Assembly (NCBI GenBank): GCA_036339465.1 | Contig: JAYZAY010000004.1 | Coordinates: forward strand, 1-61,249 | From: Myxococcota bacterium | GTDB taxonomy: Bacteria; Myxococcota; XYA12-FULL-58-9; JABJBS01 | DNA: 61,249 nucleotides | Direction: 5' to 3' | Shown: positions 9,701-18,207 of the stretch, in pieces | How the letters are laid out: each line of letters begins with the position of its first letter | Numbering within the stretch: the stretch's first letter is position 1 | The notes under the pieces: model-generated | What the model saw: only the letters and a program-made list of their open reading frames with translations | Told to the model about the DNA's origin: nothing | Database searches by the model: none | Made by a program: the position numbers and the translations under genes

Positions 9701-11374
9701 AGCGATTGTCGGGTGAGCCGTCAGTTGGATTGGGGCGGCCAATCTCCATTGTCTGCAACGGACGAGCTTTTTTGTGGTCAGATAAGCGGCGTGGATGCGG
9801 TGGCTGACGGGGTTTTGCTGCAGACCCATGGCTCTACCAAGGGGATATGTCTTCTCTGTAAGACCGTTCCCGAAAACGATGCCGACAACCCTCGGTATGA
9901 AGTTCGTGCCCAATCGGGCTTGAATTGTGATGTGAACGATTTTGAGACCACTTCCACCGGGCCTCGCTGTGGTGAGAATGCGTCGAGTTTAGGGCTTAAG
10001 CAGAAGGTGATGATTGGTCATCGGGTTTGGATTGAATCCAATCGCCTGAGGGAGGTGGGGGCGCTTTGCCAGAATACGGCCAAGCTGGAGTATGTCTGGG
10101 ATTGGAAGAAAACGGGCAGTAACACGCCGCCTGCGCAGAGCGATACCTGTGAGGGAGGCGGGATCATTCGTGGGGTGGAAATAAACCGTGAGGGCAATGA
10201 GGTCTATGGAATGCGTGGGCTTTGTTATACCCTTTGTGTAGCGGGGCAGGTCCCTGATAGTTGCGGTGTTTGTGGAGGTTTTGGCCCGAGTACCTGGTAT
10301 TTTGACAACGATGGCGATGGACTCGGCGGTGATGGTTCCTCGCTTTCCTGTGTAAAGCCAGATCGTTATGTCTCCAACTCTGATGATCCCGATGATTTTT
10401 GTGAAACCAACAACAACGTTGGGTGTGGCTGCGGGGTGCCCAAAGTGACCCGTTATTCCGATTCCGACCTAGATGGTAAAGGTGATCCCAATACCTCAGA
10501 ACAACAATGTCAGAATTCCAGTCTTGTAAACTGGGTTTTAGACAACACAGACAACTGCCCCACCACGAGCAATGCTTTGCAAGAGAATCACGATGGTGAT
10601 TCCCAAGGAGATGTTTGCGACCAAGACGATGACAATGATGGGGTGCTTGATGGTTCCGATAGTTGCAAACTGGGGACGGTGAATTGGGATGCCACGGGTG
10701 GTTCCGATCCCGATGGTGATGGATGTGAAAATGGGGAGGATGGGGATGATGACAATGATGGGGTGGTTGATGGTTCCGATTCCAAACAAACCAATGCCAA
10801 TGCTTGCAAAGATTCAGATGGTGATGGGTGCGATGATTGTTCCCTAACTGGGGCCGATAAGAGCGGTGGTTCAACCAGTAACGATGGCGCCGATTTTGAC
10901 GGCGATGGCCTTTGCGATGCTGGTGATCCAGACGATGACAACGACGGTCGCAATGACACTGACGATGGCTGTGTAAGGGGGAATAAGGATTGGACGAGTA
11001 CCGTTTTCTCCGACTTCGATTACGATGGTTGTCAAGACAGTAGTGAGGATGCTTTCGTTGGGTGTCCTTCCTCGAGTAGCGCACAAACGACAATCTATAA
11101 TACGGTCATTACTTGGCTATCTTCCGGACCCTCTACTGGCAATAATGGTACCAGTAGTGCTGGGGGATGCACGGGGTGCCACGGTGACGCCGCGGTTTTT
11201 TCTGATAATACCTATTATCACACAAGATTTTACGGGATGTTAATGGGGACAGGTCCGGGAGTAGCCAGCAACGGTCAGATGCCACAGGGTTGCACTCCAG
11301 GGGTCAATTGTTGGCATGGGGACGATGCCCTATTTGTGAAGCGCTGGGTTGATTGTGGAGCGCACCACAACTGA
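6719..11374 (+). CDS. Giant Ca2+-binding thrombospondin type-3 repeat lipoprotein (adhesin-like) with a C-terminal c-type cytochrome domain
   Basis: RBS-like AAGGA; lipobox LSSGC; dozens of DxDxDGxxDxCD/CP repeats; one Cys-rich CGNG...CDDGN unit; WYFDNDGDGLG motif; CTGCH at 11168-11182 followed by MP...RWVDCGA. Confidence 0.85.
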   Translation: MRQSAGCILLSLLLSSGCIGTTDPALLCALDSDCEAPLVCAQGTCQAPIFSDCPDGDADTICDAYDRCALGDDRNDLDADGIPDSCDPCPFDFYDDSDGDGICDGEDTCPQGSDAADGDGDGVADACDLCAEGSDTADKDGDGFPDACDPCPDDNPDDTDGDGICDSIDDCDGDNAQDADGDGIADACDVCPIDRLNDSDSDTICDSQDICLAGDDQVDPDRDGVPSACDPCPNDNPNDSDGDGICDSDDSCPNHADMGTDSDGDTVDDACDVCSGDDTVDPDGDGIPTSCDVCPFDRYNDSDADAVCDSVDQCLLGDDAIDPDGDGVPSACDICPSDFENDHDGDGICYGLDACKLGDDRVDTDTDGWADACDNCPGVSNSDQANEDADNQGDACDNDADNDGVPNDADACPQGVSGWTSDVSSDHDDDGCKDDHAEDPDDDHDGVLDGSDDCEKGAVNWDANGGSDFDQDGCEAAEDPDDDNDQRLDGGDSNDADPRVCSDTDGDTCDDCSTGTFSASNDGPDLDEDGLCDQGDTDLDNDGILNDPDKCDGFGAQLSWTSTSNTDFDQDGCKDDSGEDTDDDNDGRGDSDDPDDRNKNVCGDSDSDTCDDCSQGGTFDVAEDGPDLDHDGACDAGDSDQDGDARANDNDSHPRDGSLCADTDFDGCDDCSVDSFSIANDGPDADKDGKCDAGDDGFTIYYIDHPSPSKDWTMSPKHLPEDVARQRGVCEGLTRAPTYKMAEYKASRSQVYYRVSYEDTRERVLPSSALIVSPQIELPNLQANERLWVRQSHEYDLDSWIDCQPSGDAGVNSDAIRFFISPAALNNLSQEEWAEVAANATWELGVKQDKAILDSGHSFVHDPEGGYPTLTQRYADQRYTDDNHGNIRNACRVVDYTEDPAMKDVPAFTATQSGMSMESTWDISSYEGMAIGAWWRLDFDDFNCQYWRTSESRTGWVLGPFEVLKTTCGNGLKEVGEACDDGNTDDFSSTDFCGSDCRVSRQLDWGGQSPLSATDELFCGQISGVDAVADGVLLQTHGSTKGICLLCKTVPENDADNPRYEVRAQSGLNCDVNDFETTSTGPRCGENASSLGLKQKVMIGHRVWIESNRLREVGALCQNTAKLEYVWDWKKTGSNTPPAQSDTCEGGGIIRGVEINREGNEVYGMRGLCYTLCVAGQVPDSCGVCGGFGPSTWYFDNDGDGLGGDGSSLSCVKPDRYVSNSDDPDDFCETNNNVGCGCGVPKVTRYSDSDLDGKGDPNTSEQQCQNSSLVNWVLDNTDNCPTTSNALQENHDGDSQGDVCDQDDDNDGVLDGSDSCKLGTVNWDATGGSDPDGDGCENGEDGDDDNDGVVDGSDSKQTNANACKDSDGDGCDDCSLTGADKSGGSTSNDGADFDGDGLCDAGDPDDDNDGRNDTDDGCVRGNKDWTSTVFSDFDYDGCQDSSEDAFVGCPSSSSAQTTIYNTVITWLSSGPSTGNNGTSSAGGCTGCHGDAAVFSDNTYYHTRFYGMLMGTGPGVASNGQMPQGCTPGVNCWHGDDALFVKRWVDCGAHHN

Positions 11375-11561
11375 GTAGAAAGTGGCGCAAATGGTTTGGG
11401 TTAATACCTGGAGAATTGCCTCCTTTTCTTTGCCAAACGGCTTTCGCGTGGGTTGGGATTTTTGAGCTCAGCGGCTATCCGCCCTTGATCTCACCAATCG
11501 ACCCGAAGCGGAATCCAGTGTGTTTTTTCTGAACCCAAGGTGTCAATCTCGGTGAGTCGAT

Positions 11562-14500
11562 CTAGGGCAGAGTTTCCATGATTTTGGTGGTGAGGAATTT
11601 TTCACCGTTGAATAGATAGAAATAATTTCCTCCGGGTGAAAAAGCACCGGTTGTTGTGCCACCGATAACCTCATGGGTAATGCGCATGGGCTTTGTCTCC
11701 TTGAGTAGTTTGCAGCCCAGGCCCGAGTTTATGGGAGCGCACGTGATGTCGATAAATTCCAGTGCCGTATCATCACCATCTTTCACCCACAGTCCCAGTC
11801 TGGGAACGGAAGCCGCGAAAACGGGCGATTTGTCCTGCCGAACGGGTAATTCGAAAAGTTCGGGAGTGAGCGTGTGGCAGCCCCACTCATCGCGGCCACC
11901 GGCATCGTAGCGGAGGTATACCAAGGCCAGTGAGGTGGTGGTGTCACTTCCCGCCATTGCGTAGAGAAGGAATGTGACACCTCCATAGGCGGGGGAATTC
12001 TTAGCCATCAGAAGTTGGACATTGGCCGAGCTGTTCCAATTTGAGCCGCATTTATCCGGATCGCCGAGATTCAATTGGTAGGAACTGGTGTTGCTCGTGT
12101 CGATGGTAATGGTTTCGTCAACGCTTTCTGGGACCACGTAGAAGAAAGGAGATTGTGGCAGAGCGATGAGGTGATGGGCGCCTGAGGGAAGTGAGAGAAG
12201 GGTGAGTTTGCCCTGCTGGCTTGAGGTGAGTGAGGTTTTGAGATTGGCCAAGGTTTGTTCTTTGAAGGTGTGTAAGGAGCCGAGGGTGATGGAGGAGGTT
12301 TGGTTAGGGCTACCGAAATAACGCAGATATGACTTCGTTTCCCCGTCGATGGCAAAGACGGTGGCACCGTCGTCTAGGCCTAGCGCAATTTGGGATTGAC
12401 GGAGGTTCTTCTCGGTGTCATTCCAATAGGATTGATAAGCTTTGATGAATGCCTCGCCTTGGCCCTCGGCCAGGGGGCTCTGGGGGAGCCATTGATTTTC
12501 GTAGATTATGACTGAATTGGAGGCGCTAATGTCTGCGGTATGATAAAGATAGTTGGCGTGATTTGGTCCATGGTGCGCTGCCTTGCGGGTTGCGGAGCCA
12601 TGGGCTCTTGGGGATATGTTTCCGCGGTAGGCGTCTTGTAGACTCAAAGTTTTAGGGGTGCCTTGACCGTCGTTGATGATGGCTAGAATTTCTGAGCCAG
12701 GACTGGCGATGACAAACTCACTGGGGCACGGGGCCGTGTCGCAGAAACTGTCGCTGATTGAGCCGGGTATCCACCCTTGAAGTCGCTGGTGTGTTTGCAG
12801 AGTTTTTCCGCCTGCGCTTGGACCCGACATAACCCCATTGGTTTCCACGGTGACCCACGGCTTCATGGGGCGGTCGAGGTGATTAAATTTTTCGGAAATA
12901 GTATATCGTATTTCCGATGAAGATAGAGTGGTTGAAGCTGCCGCCGCAATACCGTTGACGTAAACTTGGCTGTCTTCATTGAAGCCAGCACCCCTAAGAA
13001 TATAATTAGACTCAGGTAGGAGTATCGGTGGTAATTGGCTGTGGATCTGTGGGCCATAAACGTGGATGTCGTGTATGATTTCATCGGTCGTCAAAAGGAG
13101 ATCGAGACTTGCACTGGTGGCGACATCATAGAGCTTGGAACTATTGAGGCTGTAGGGGATGACACTGATTTTTTTATTGGGTTTGTTGGCGACGTAGGCC
13201 ACTTGGTGATTGGGATCCACGGCGATACTTTCGGTCCAGCTTCCGGCGGTTGCATCCAGAAGTCGGGTTTTAAATAAGTTTGAATCCAGAGCCTTCGCAA
13301 AGGTGTCTGTAGCCACAAGCAATCCCGGTTTCTCTAGGGTGTCGTCGCTGCGGGTATCTACGGTGGCGATGGGGCGTCCAGTTTGGGGGTCGAGGGTGGC
13401 GCTTAGGTAGGTGTTGATCAATTCATCTGAAAGGTCGGAGAGGGTGAGACCGAGATTCCCGTTTTCAGGGGATTGGGTCAAAGCGATTTGATAGGTTCGA
13501 TAGAGACGATCCGCACCCTGTTTCCATTCGGCCAACACCAATCCGAATTCAGGAGAGACTGAAAGCTTCGATGGTTCAAGGTTCTCGCCCCTAGCGTTGA
13601 TGGTGGCTAGGTTTATAATCTGTGAGTCGATGGTGTTTATTAAGCCCACACAGCTTTGGTTGTTGAACACAAAGAGTTTGCGTTGGGCGTCGTAGGCCAT
13701 TCGAAGTTCGCCGCTGCCTGTGGTACCGCAGTCATCGATGGTTGGCCAGGGGCCGTCACTGTGTCTGGGGATAAATTGCCGGGTTGATTTGTCGTAGGAG
13801 AGAAAACACAAATGATGCACGACGCTGGGCCAAGCGCCCACGACTCCTGCCTTTTCCACCAGAACAACCAATTCATTCTTGTCAGTATTGTAGGTGGCAT
13901 CGATAAAGGTCGGGTTGATCGTGTCGTCATATTCACATGGGTTGGCCATGGCTTTTTCACTGGTGAAGACATTGTTGCTGTATGTGAAGACCTCCACGCC
14001 CGTTTTTCCGAGGACGTAAAAGAGATTTTCACCCGGGACACGCACACTGAGGTGCCCCGGTGAATCGCCCAGGCTCTCGGTGGATAGGTCCACCGACTGG
14101 ATGGTTTCGTTGATGGCATAATAATGTAGCTTGGCGTTGGTGACCACGACGGGAAAGGCGCTTCGCTTCGCTTCTAGGGCGAACGTGTTGGTTTGGTAGG
14201 TGGCGGGATTGCTGCTCTCACTGATCTCTACTTTTCCGGCCACAGAGCCAGGGGCGTTAAATGAGACTGTGGGGTAGGGACTGAGGGTTGAGGCGTTGAA
14301 TGCATCCCCGATCTCGGCTGCGGAGACCAATGAAACTTGATATCTAGAAGCCTGGGAGCCGACGCCGATGAAGGGAAGCTCGGGGCCAACAGCGTTTTGG
14401 TAAGTGGGGTAGGGGCGCGTTCCTACGGTGAGATTGTCATCGAGTGCTTGAACTTGATTGGTGGTGGTTAGGATTGTTTGGCTAAAGTTGTCGGTGAGAC

Positions 14501-16289
14501 TGGCCCAAGTAGAGTTGCTGAATTGGACCTCGGCAAAGACTGTGCCCGACTGTTTGGTTATTTGGCCATTTTTTAGTTGAATGGGGAGCCACCGAGTGCT
14601 GATTGCATTTGTAGTGGGGTTGATGGCCCAGATCCTTTCTCGGCCTGCGTCAAATTGAGTCGTCGCATTGGTGACAAAGGTATCGGTGTTGGCTTGGATA
14701 AATCTTGCTTCAATCCTGTTTAGGGTGAAGGTTTGTGGCGCATTGGTCGAATCTCGGCTCAAGTAGCCCAATTGAATCCAGGCATCGATTTCTTCATTGC
14801 CCAAGATTACGGTGTTGCCATTAAGGGGTTGCTCGATGGCGGTGATCACTGGGGTGTTGGTGGTATTTTCCGCTCCGAGGATTCTGAATTTCTTGGTTTG
14901 GGTGTTTTCTTCGGTGTTTTCTCCCTTGAGTGACGTGGTCACTTTGAGTTCTCCACTTTGACTGGGAACGAAGCCCGGGAGAAATTTACAGAAAAAGTGG
15001 AGGGAGGTTGCAGTGTCTGGTGGGGTGGTTGCGTCGACTAAATCGTCTCTTTCATCCTGATTGTAGTCCTTCACACATTCGACTTCCGATTCTTGTTCTC
15101 CAGTGTCTTTGAATACAGCGATGGCGTTGGCACCGTAGATTAAACGGGTCTTTGCTTGGGCAGTGATTGTGAAAGTCGGTGGGTCAACCAATGCTCCTTC
15201 TTGGAAAACAAAATAGGGATGAAGTCGTGGTAGGCTATTGCTTTGTAGGGCATAGGAGGGGCCTGCACTGAGGTTTTCTATGTTGTCGTCGTGAAAGGTT
15301 TTTGAAGAGCAGCCGTAATTTTCGATGTCTCGATAGCGGATCCATACCACCACTGTGCTCTGAGCATCGTATCGCGCTTTGGCTTCCGCCTCGAGTTCTG
15401 AGCAAGGCTGAAAGGTTCCTAAACACTGGTCGTCTGTATTTTCAAGGGAGCACTCAATCGCGTATTCCTCTGGGTAACCTTGACGCAGGTTGGTCGGCCA
15501 GTTTTCGGTGCCGCTATAAGTGATGTTTGGTGGTTTTTCAGGGAGATTTCCCAAAATAAGCTTATATTCTCCGGAAATGTCTGTGGTGTTGATGTTGCTT
15601 TCATTGATGGAGGTTTGTGCTCCTGGATGAGTGTAGTGGAGGTTGAGTAGGCGGTTGGTCGGTAATTCAAGAAGCGTGTTGCTGGGAACTTTGTTGATGG
15701 AGAATTGGGTTTTGGTGTCTTGAATAAGTAATTCAACGCTTGGTTTCCACCTGAAAAAATTCTCTGTGCCGACTTCTTGAAAAGCCAAAGAGAACTTTGT
15801 TTGGGTACTGCTTTCCTTTTTGAGTTTAATGTCGATTTCGTTGAGGCCAGGCTGGGGAATGCTTTTGTGTTTGGCTTCGTAGGCTCGCCATCGTAAAGTG
15901 GCAGCGAGGGTGTTGTCTGCGGTTTCTGCGGTTTCTGCGGTTTCTGCGGTTTCTGCGGTTTCTGCGGCGGATGATGCTATAATGTTGGCTTGGGTTTTGG
16001 TTTCCGGAGTGTCAGCGTTGAGATTGTCGAGGAAAAAAAGCTGGGCTTCAAATTCGGTGACTTCGTTTGCTTTTATGAGCCAATAGAAGGTTTGATTTTG
16101 TGCGCGCTCCGGTTCCATCTCGTGTCCGTTTTGTCGGACGATTATTTTGGCATAGCTCGGTTTCTGGGTGAGAGCGGATCTAAGGGAGAGTTGGAAAGTT
16201 GCGTTGAGGGACGCGTCGTTTGTGCAGCCTGAAGTAATCAAAAGAAATACGACGATGAATAAAGTTCTGGCCCACCACATGCCGCGCAT
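11562..16289 (-). CDS. Large surface lipoprotein with an IPT/TIG-like segment and probable beta-propeller regions
   Basis: Lipobox ITSGC; Thr/Ser-rich beta-type sequence; IAVDPNHQVAYVAN propeller-blade motif; YILRGAGFNEDSQVYVNG IPT/TIG motif. Confidence 0.7.
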   Translation of the reverse strand: MRGMWWARTLFIVVFLLITSGCTNDASLNATFQLSLRSALTQKPSYAKIIVRQNGHEMEPERAQNQTFYWLIKANEVTEFEAQLFFLDNLNADTPETKTQANIIASSAAETAETAETAETAETADNTLAATLRWRAYEAKHKSIPQPGLNEIDIKLKKESSTQTKFSLAFQEVGTENFFRWKPSVELLIQDTKTQFSINKVPSNTLLELPTNRLLNLHYTHPGAQTSINESNINTTDISGEYKLILGNLPEKPPNITYSGTENWPTNLRQGYPEEYAIECSLENTDDQCLGTFQPCSELEAEAKARYDAQSTVVVWIRYRDIENYGCSSKTFHDDNIENLSAGPSYALQSNSLPRLHPYFVFQEGALVDPPTFTITAQAKTRLIYGANAIAVFKDTGEQESEVECVKDYNQDERDDLVDATTPPDTATSLHFFCKFLPGFVPSQSGELKVTTSLKGENTEENTQTKKFRILGAENTTNTPVITAIEQPLNGNTVILGNEEIDAWIQLGYLSRDSTNAPQTFTLNRIEARFIQANTDTFVTNATTQFDAGRERIWAINPTTNAISTRWLPIQLKNGQITKQSGTVFAEVQFSNSTWASLTDNFSQTILTTTNQVQALDDNLTVGTRPYPTYQNAVGPELPFIGVGSQASRYQVSLVSAAEIGDAFNASTLSPYPTVSFNAPGSVAGKVEISESSNPATYQTNTFALEAKRSAFPVVVTNAKLHYYAINETIQSVDLSTESLGDSPGHLSVRVPGENLFYVLGKTGVEVFTYSNNVFTSEKAMANPCEYDDTINPTFIDATYNTDKNELVVLVEKAGVVGAWPSVVHHLCFLSYDKSTRQFIPRHSDGPWPTIDDCGTTGSGELRMAYDAQRKLFVFNNQSCVGLINTIDSQIINLATINARGENLEPSKLSVSPEFGLVLAEWKQGADRLYRTYQIALTQSPENGNLGLTLSDLSDELINTYLSATLDPQTGRPIATVDTRSDDTLEKPGLLVATDTFAKALDSNLFKTRLLDATAGSWTESIAVDPNHQVAYVANKPNKKISVIPYSLNSSKLYDVATSASLDLLLTTDEIIHDIHVYGPQIHSQLPPILLPESNYILRGAGFNEDSQVYVNGIAAAASTTLSSSEIRYTISEKFNHLDRPMKPWVTVETNGVMSGPSAGGKTLQTHQRLQGWIPGSISDSFCDTAPCPSEFVIASPGSEILAIINDGQGTPKTLSLQDAYRGNISPRAHGSATRKAAHHGPNHANYLYHTADISASNSVIIYENQWLPQSPLAEGQGEAFIKAYQSYWNDTEKNLRQSQIALGLDDGATVFAIDGETKSYLRYFGSPNQTSSITLGSLHTFKEQTLANLKTSLTSSQQGKLTLLSLPSGAHHLIALPQSPFFYVVPESVDETITIDTSNTSSYQLNLGDPDKCGSNWNSSANVQLLMAKNSPAYGGVTFLLYAMAGSDTTTSLALVYLRYDAGGRDEWGCHTLTPELFELPVRQDKSPVFAASVPRLGLWVKDGDDTALEFIDITCAPINSGLGCKLLKETKPMRITHEVIGGTTTGAFSPGGNYFYLFNGEKFLTTKIMETLP
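15916..15967. repeat. In-frame 9-bp tandem repeat (TCTGCGGTT) x5.8 encoding an (AET)n linker
   Basis: Five perfect units plus a 7-nt partial unit read directly from the sequence. Confidence 0.95.
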
Positions 16290-16588
16290 CCCCCACTTAT
16301 GAATATGTCTATTTCTAGCAACGATGATGATAGATGCTACTACATCTTTAGACGAGAGTCGTGCTGATACCCTTCATATCTTGTTTGGGCGATGTGTGAC
16401 CAAGATCAATCAATGATTGAAAGGGCTGGCAGGGTCGCCCACGGTGATCTCAATAAAGCCATGTTTGGTCATTTTATGGCAGGTCATAAAGGTTTGAATG
16501 CGTGCGGCGTATGGAGTGATTCTTCCGATGTTTCGCGACCTACCGAGCTTTGTTTTAGGCGGCTTCTAGGAGGTTTCGTGGCGGATAT

Positions 16589-17140
16589 TCAGGGCAGTTT
16601 TCGGATCACTTCAGCCACGGGTGGCCGTTTGATGGTGGGGACGGCATGGGGTTGACCAACCCAGATAAAGCCAGCAATTTCTTCGTTTTTTGGGTCGATG
16701 TTTACTAGGGAATAGGTGGTGGCATCGGTGGTGATGGCCCCGGTGCTCCACTTGGCCCCCAGTTGTTTTTCGTGGGCAGCCAACATCAAGTTCTGGATAG
16801 CACACGCCGTGGCAGCATAGTCTTCTTTGGTGCGAAAGGGGTCCTCATTTTTGATTTGGCTGACGATGATGAGTGCACCGGGATTCAAGATTTTGGCTTT
16901 GATTTTCGAGATGGCAGCCTCTGAGAGAGGGCCTTGGTGCGACTTTATTTCGACGGCTCGGTGGGCGATTTTGGCTCTGGTTTGTGCCCCAACGATATTG
17001 AATCGCCATGGCCAGGTCACCTTGTGGCAGGGGGCATGGTGGGCGGCCTCTAGAAGATCGGTGAGGCAAGCATCGTCAAATGGTGCGGGGGTATATTGGT
17101 GGATGGTTCGGCGGGTGGTGGCAAGTTCGAGAAAATTCAT
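16589..17140 (-). CDS. Nitroreductase family protein (YdjA-like)
   Basis: RRTIHQY, AAHHAPCH..TWPWRF, EDYAATACAIQNLMLAAH, GAKWSTG motifs. Confidence 0.9.
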   Translation of the reverse strand: MNFLELATTRRTIHQYTPAPFDDACLTDLLEAAHHAPCHKVTWPWRFNIVGAQTRAKIAHRAVEIKSHQGPLSEAAISKIKAKILNPGALIIVSQIKNEDPFRTKEDYAATACAIQNLMLAAHEKQLGAKWSTGAITTDATTYSLVNIDPKNEEIAGFIWVGQPHAVPTIKRPPVAEVIRKLP

Positions 17141-17345
17141 CGAAACCTCGTTCTCTCTTCGATCGGGACTCTAGGGGAAATCTGGACAAAGTTATCGTGA
17201 AAATCAAGACATAGAATACATCTTCGAGGTGAAAGTTTTATCTCTTTGGTCTTCATGGCGGTCTTTTTTGCCAGATGATCGGGTCGACCTCTGACCATGA
17301 TTATGGTACCCGCACCTTGCTTTATCTGATTTTTGGGGATGGTAC

Positions 17346-18188
17346 ATGGATGTGGCTATGCGCGGTAGATTGGGTCCCATGGGGGATCTCCTAAATGAAC
17401 TCGGCCATGAGCCAAGGGAGATACGGGGCCGACGCGATCAAAGAAATATAGGCACGATGGTCGGTGATTTGACCGAGCTGCATGGTGCTTTTGAGTTGGC
17501 TTTGGCCTTGGAGGATTTGGCCTCTGCTGAATGGGCGAGCGCCGAATTTACCGTGGAAAATGCCAATCGTGTTAAAGCTCTTTTTGTGGCCCAGCGGCGT
17601 AAGTTGGGGGTGGCCATTATGAAGCGTGAAGAAAAGGGTATTCGGGGTCGAAAACTGGGGCGGGTTCCCGGCCCAGCCCACTATTACCAACATTTGACTC
17701 GGGTTGGTGCCATCGCGGAAGGCAAACTGACCCCCAATAAAAGGGCGCAGTTTGCCTTTTCTCCGTACCGTGATTGCTTTGACAAACGCATGCAGTATTT
17801 GGGTGACCAGCTGGTTGCTTTGCGAGACGATATGGGTTTTGAATTGCGACGTTTGGCCCCACAATTTGGGATGTTGGAGAAAATTGATAGTTTGCTCGTC
17901 GCCGCTACCACCAAAGCCACAGATAGGCATTTGAGGCGAATCTTGAATCTTTTGGAAGCCCGATTTCAAGAGGGTTGGAATGCTGCGGTAGGAAGTTCAA
18001 AGATTTTGGGACTGGAAGAAGTGACCCCCTGGTTTGATGACAACCAGTGGCTGAGTGATTTCGAGATTTTGATGTTTCACTCAGTTCGAACAATATTTTC
18101 ATATCGATTACAGCCTTTGCAGGCATTGGTCGAGGCGGTGTGTCAACCTAGCCATCTCCGAAAGAGTGGCGAGGAATCGTCGCGGTAA
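17346..18188 (+). CDS. zorF: DUF3348 family protein, Zorya type III ZorF-like
   Basis: FSPYR...LRDDM...L..LAP...L..IDS, LEARF and W...F...M......RLQPLQALVEA match my recollection of DUF3348; first gene of a four-gene operon. Confidence 0.7.
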   Translation: MDVAMRGRLGPMGDLLNELGHEPREIRGRRDQRNIGTMVGDLTELHGAFELALALEDLASAEWASAEFTVENANRVKALFVAQRRKLGVAIMKREEKGIRGRKLGRVPGPAHYYQHLTRVGAIAEGKLTPNKRAQFAFSPYRDCFDKRMQYLGDQLVALRDDMGFELRRLAPQFGMLEKIDSLLVAATTKATDRHLRRILNLLEARFQEGWNAAVGSSKILGLEEVTPWFDDNQWLSDFEILMFHSVRTIFSYRLQPLQALVEAVCQPSHLRKSGEESSR

Positions 18189-18207
18189 AGAGATAAAAGG
18201 AAGTAGT

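Noticed and set aside
6867..11093. Long His/Arg-rich, Ile-rich and Met-rich ORFs on alternative frames
   Set aside because: Shadow frames of the GAT/GGT-rich TSP3 repeat gene.
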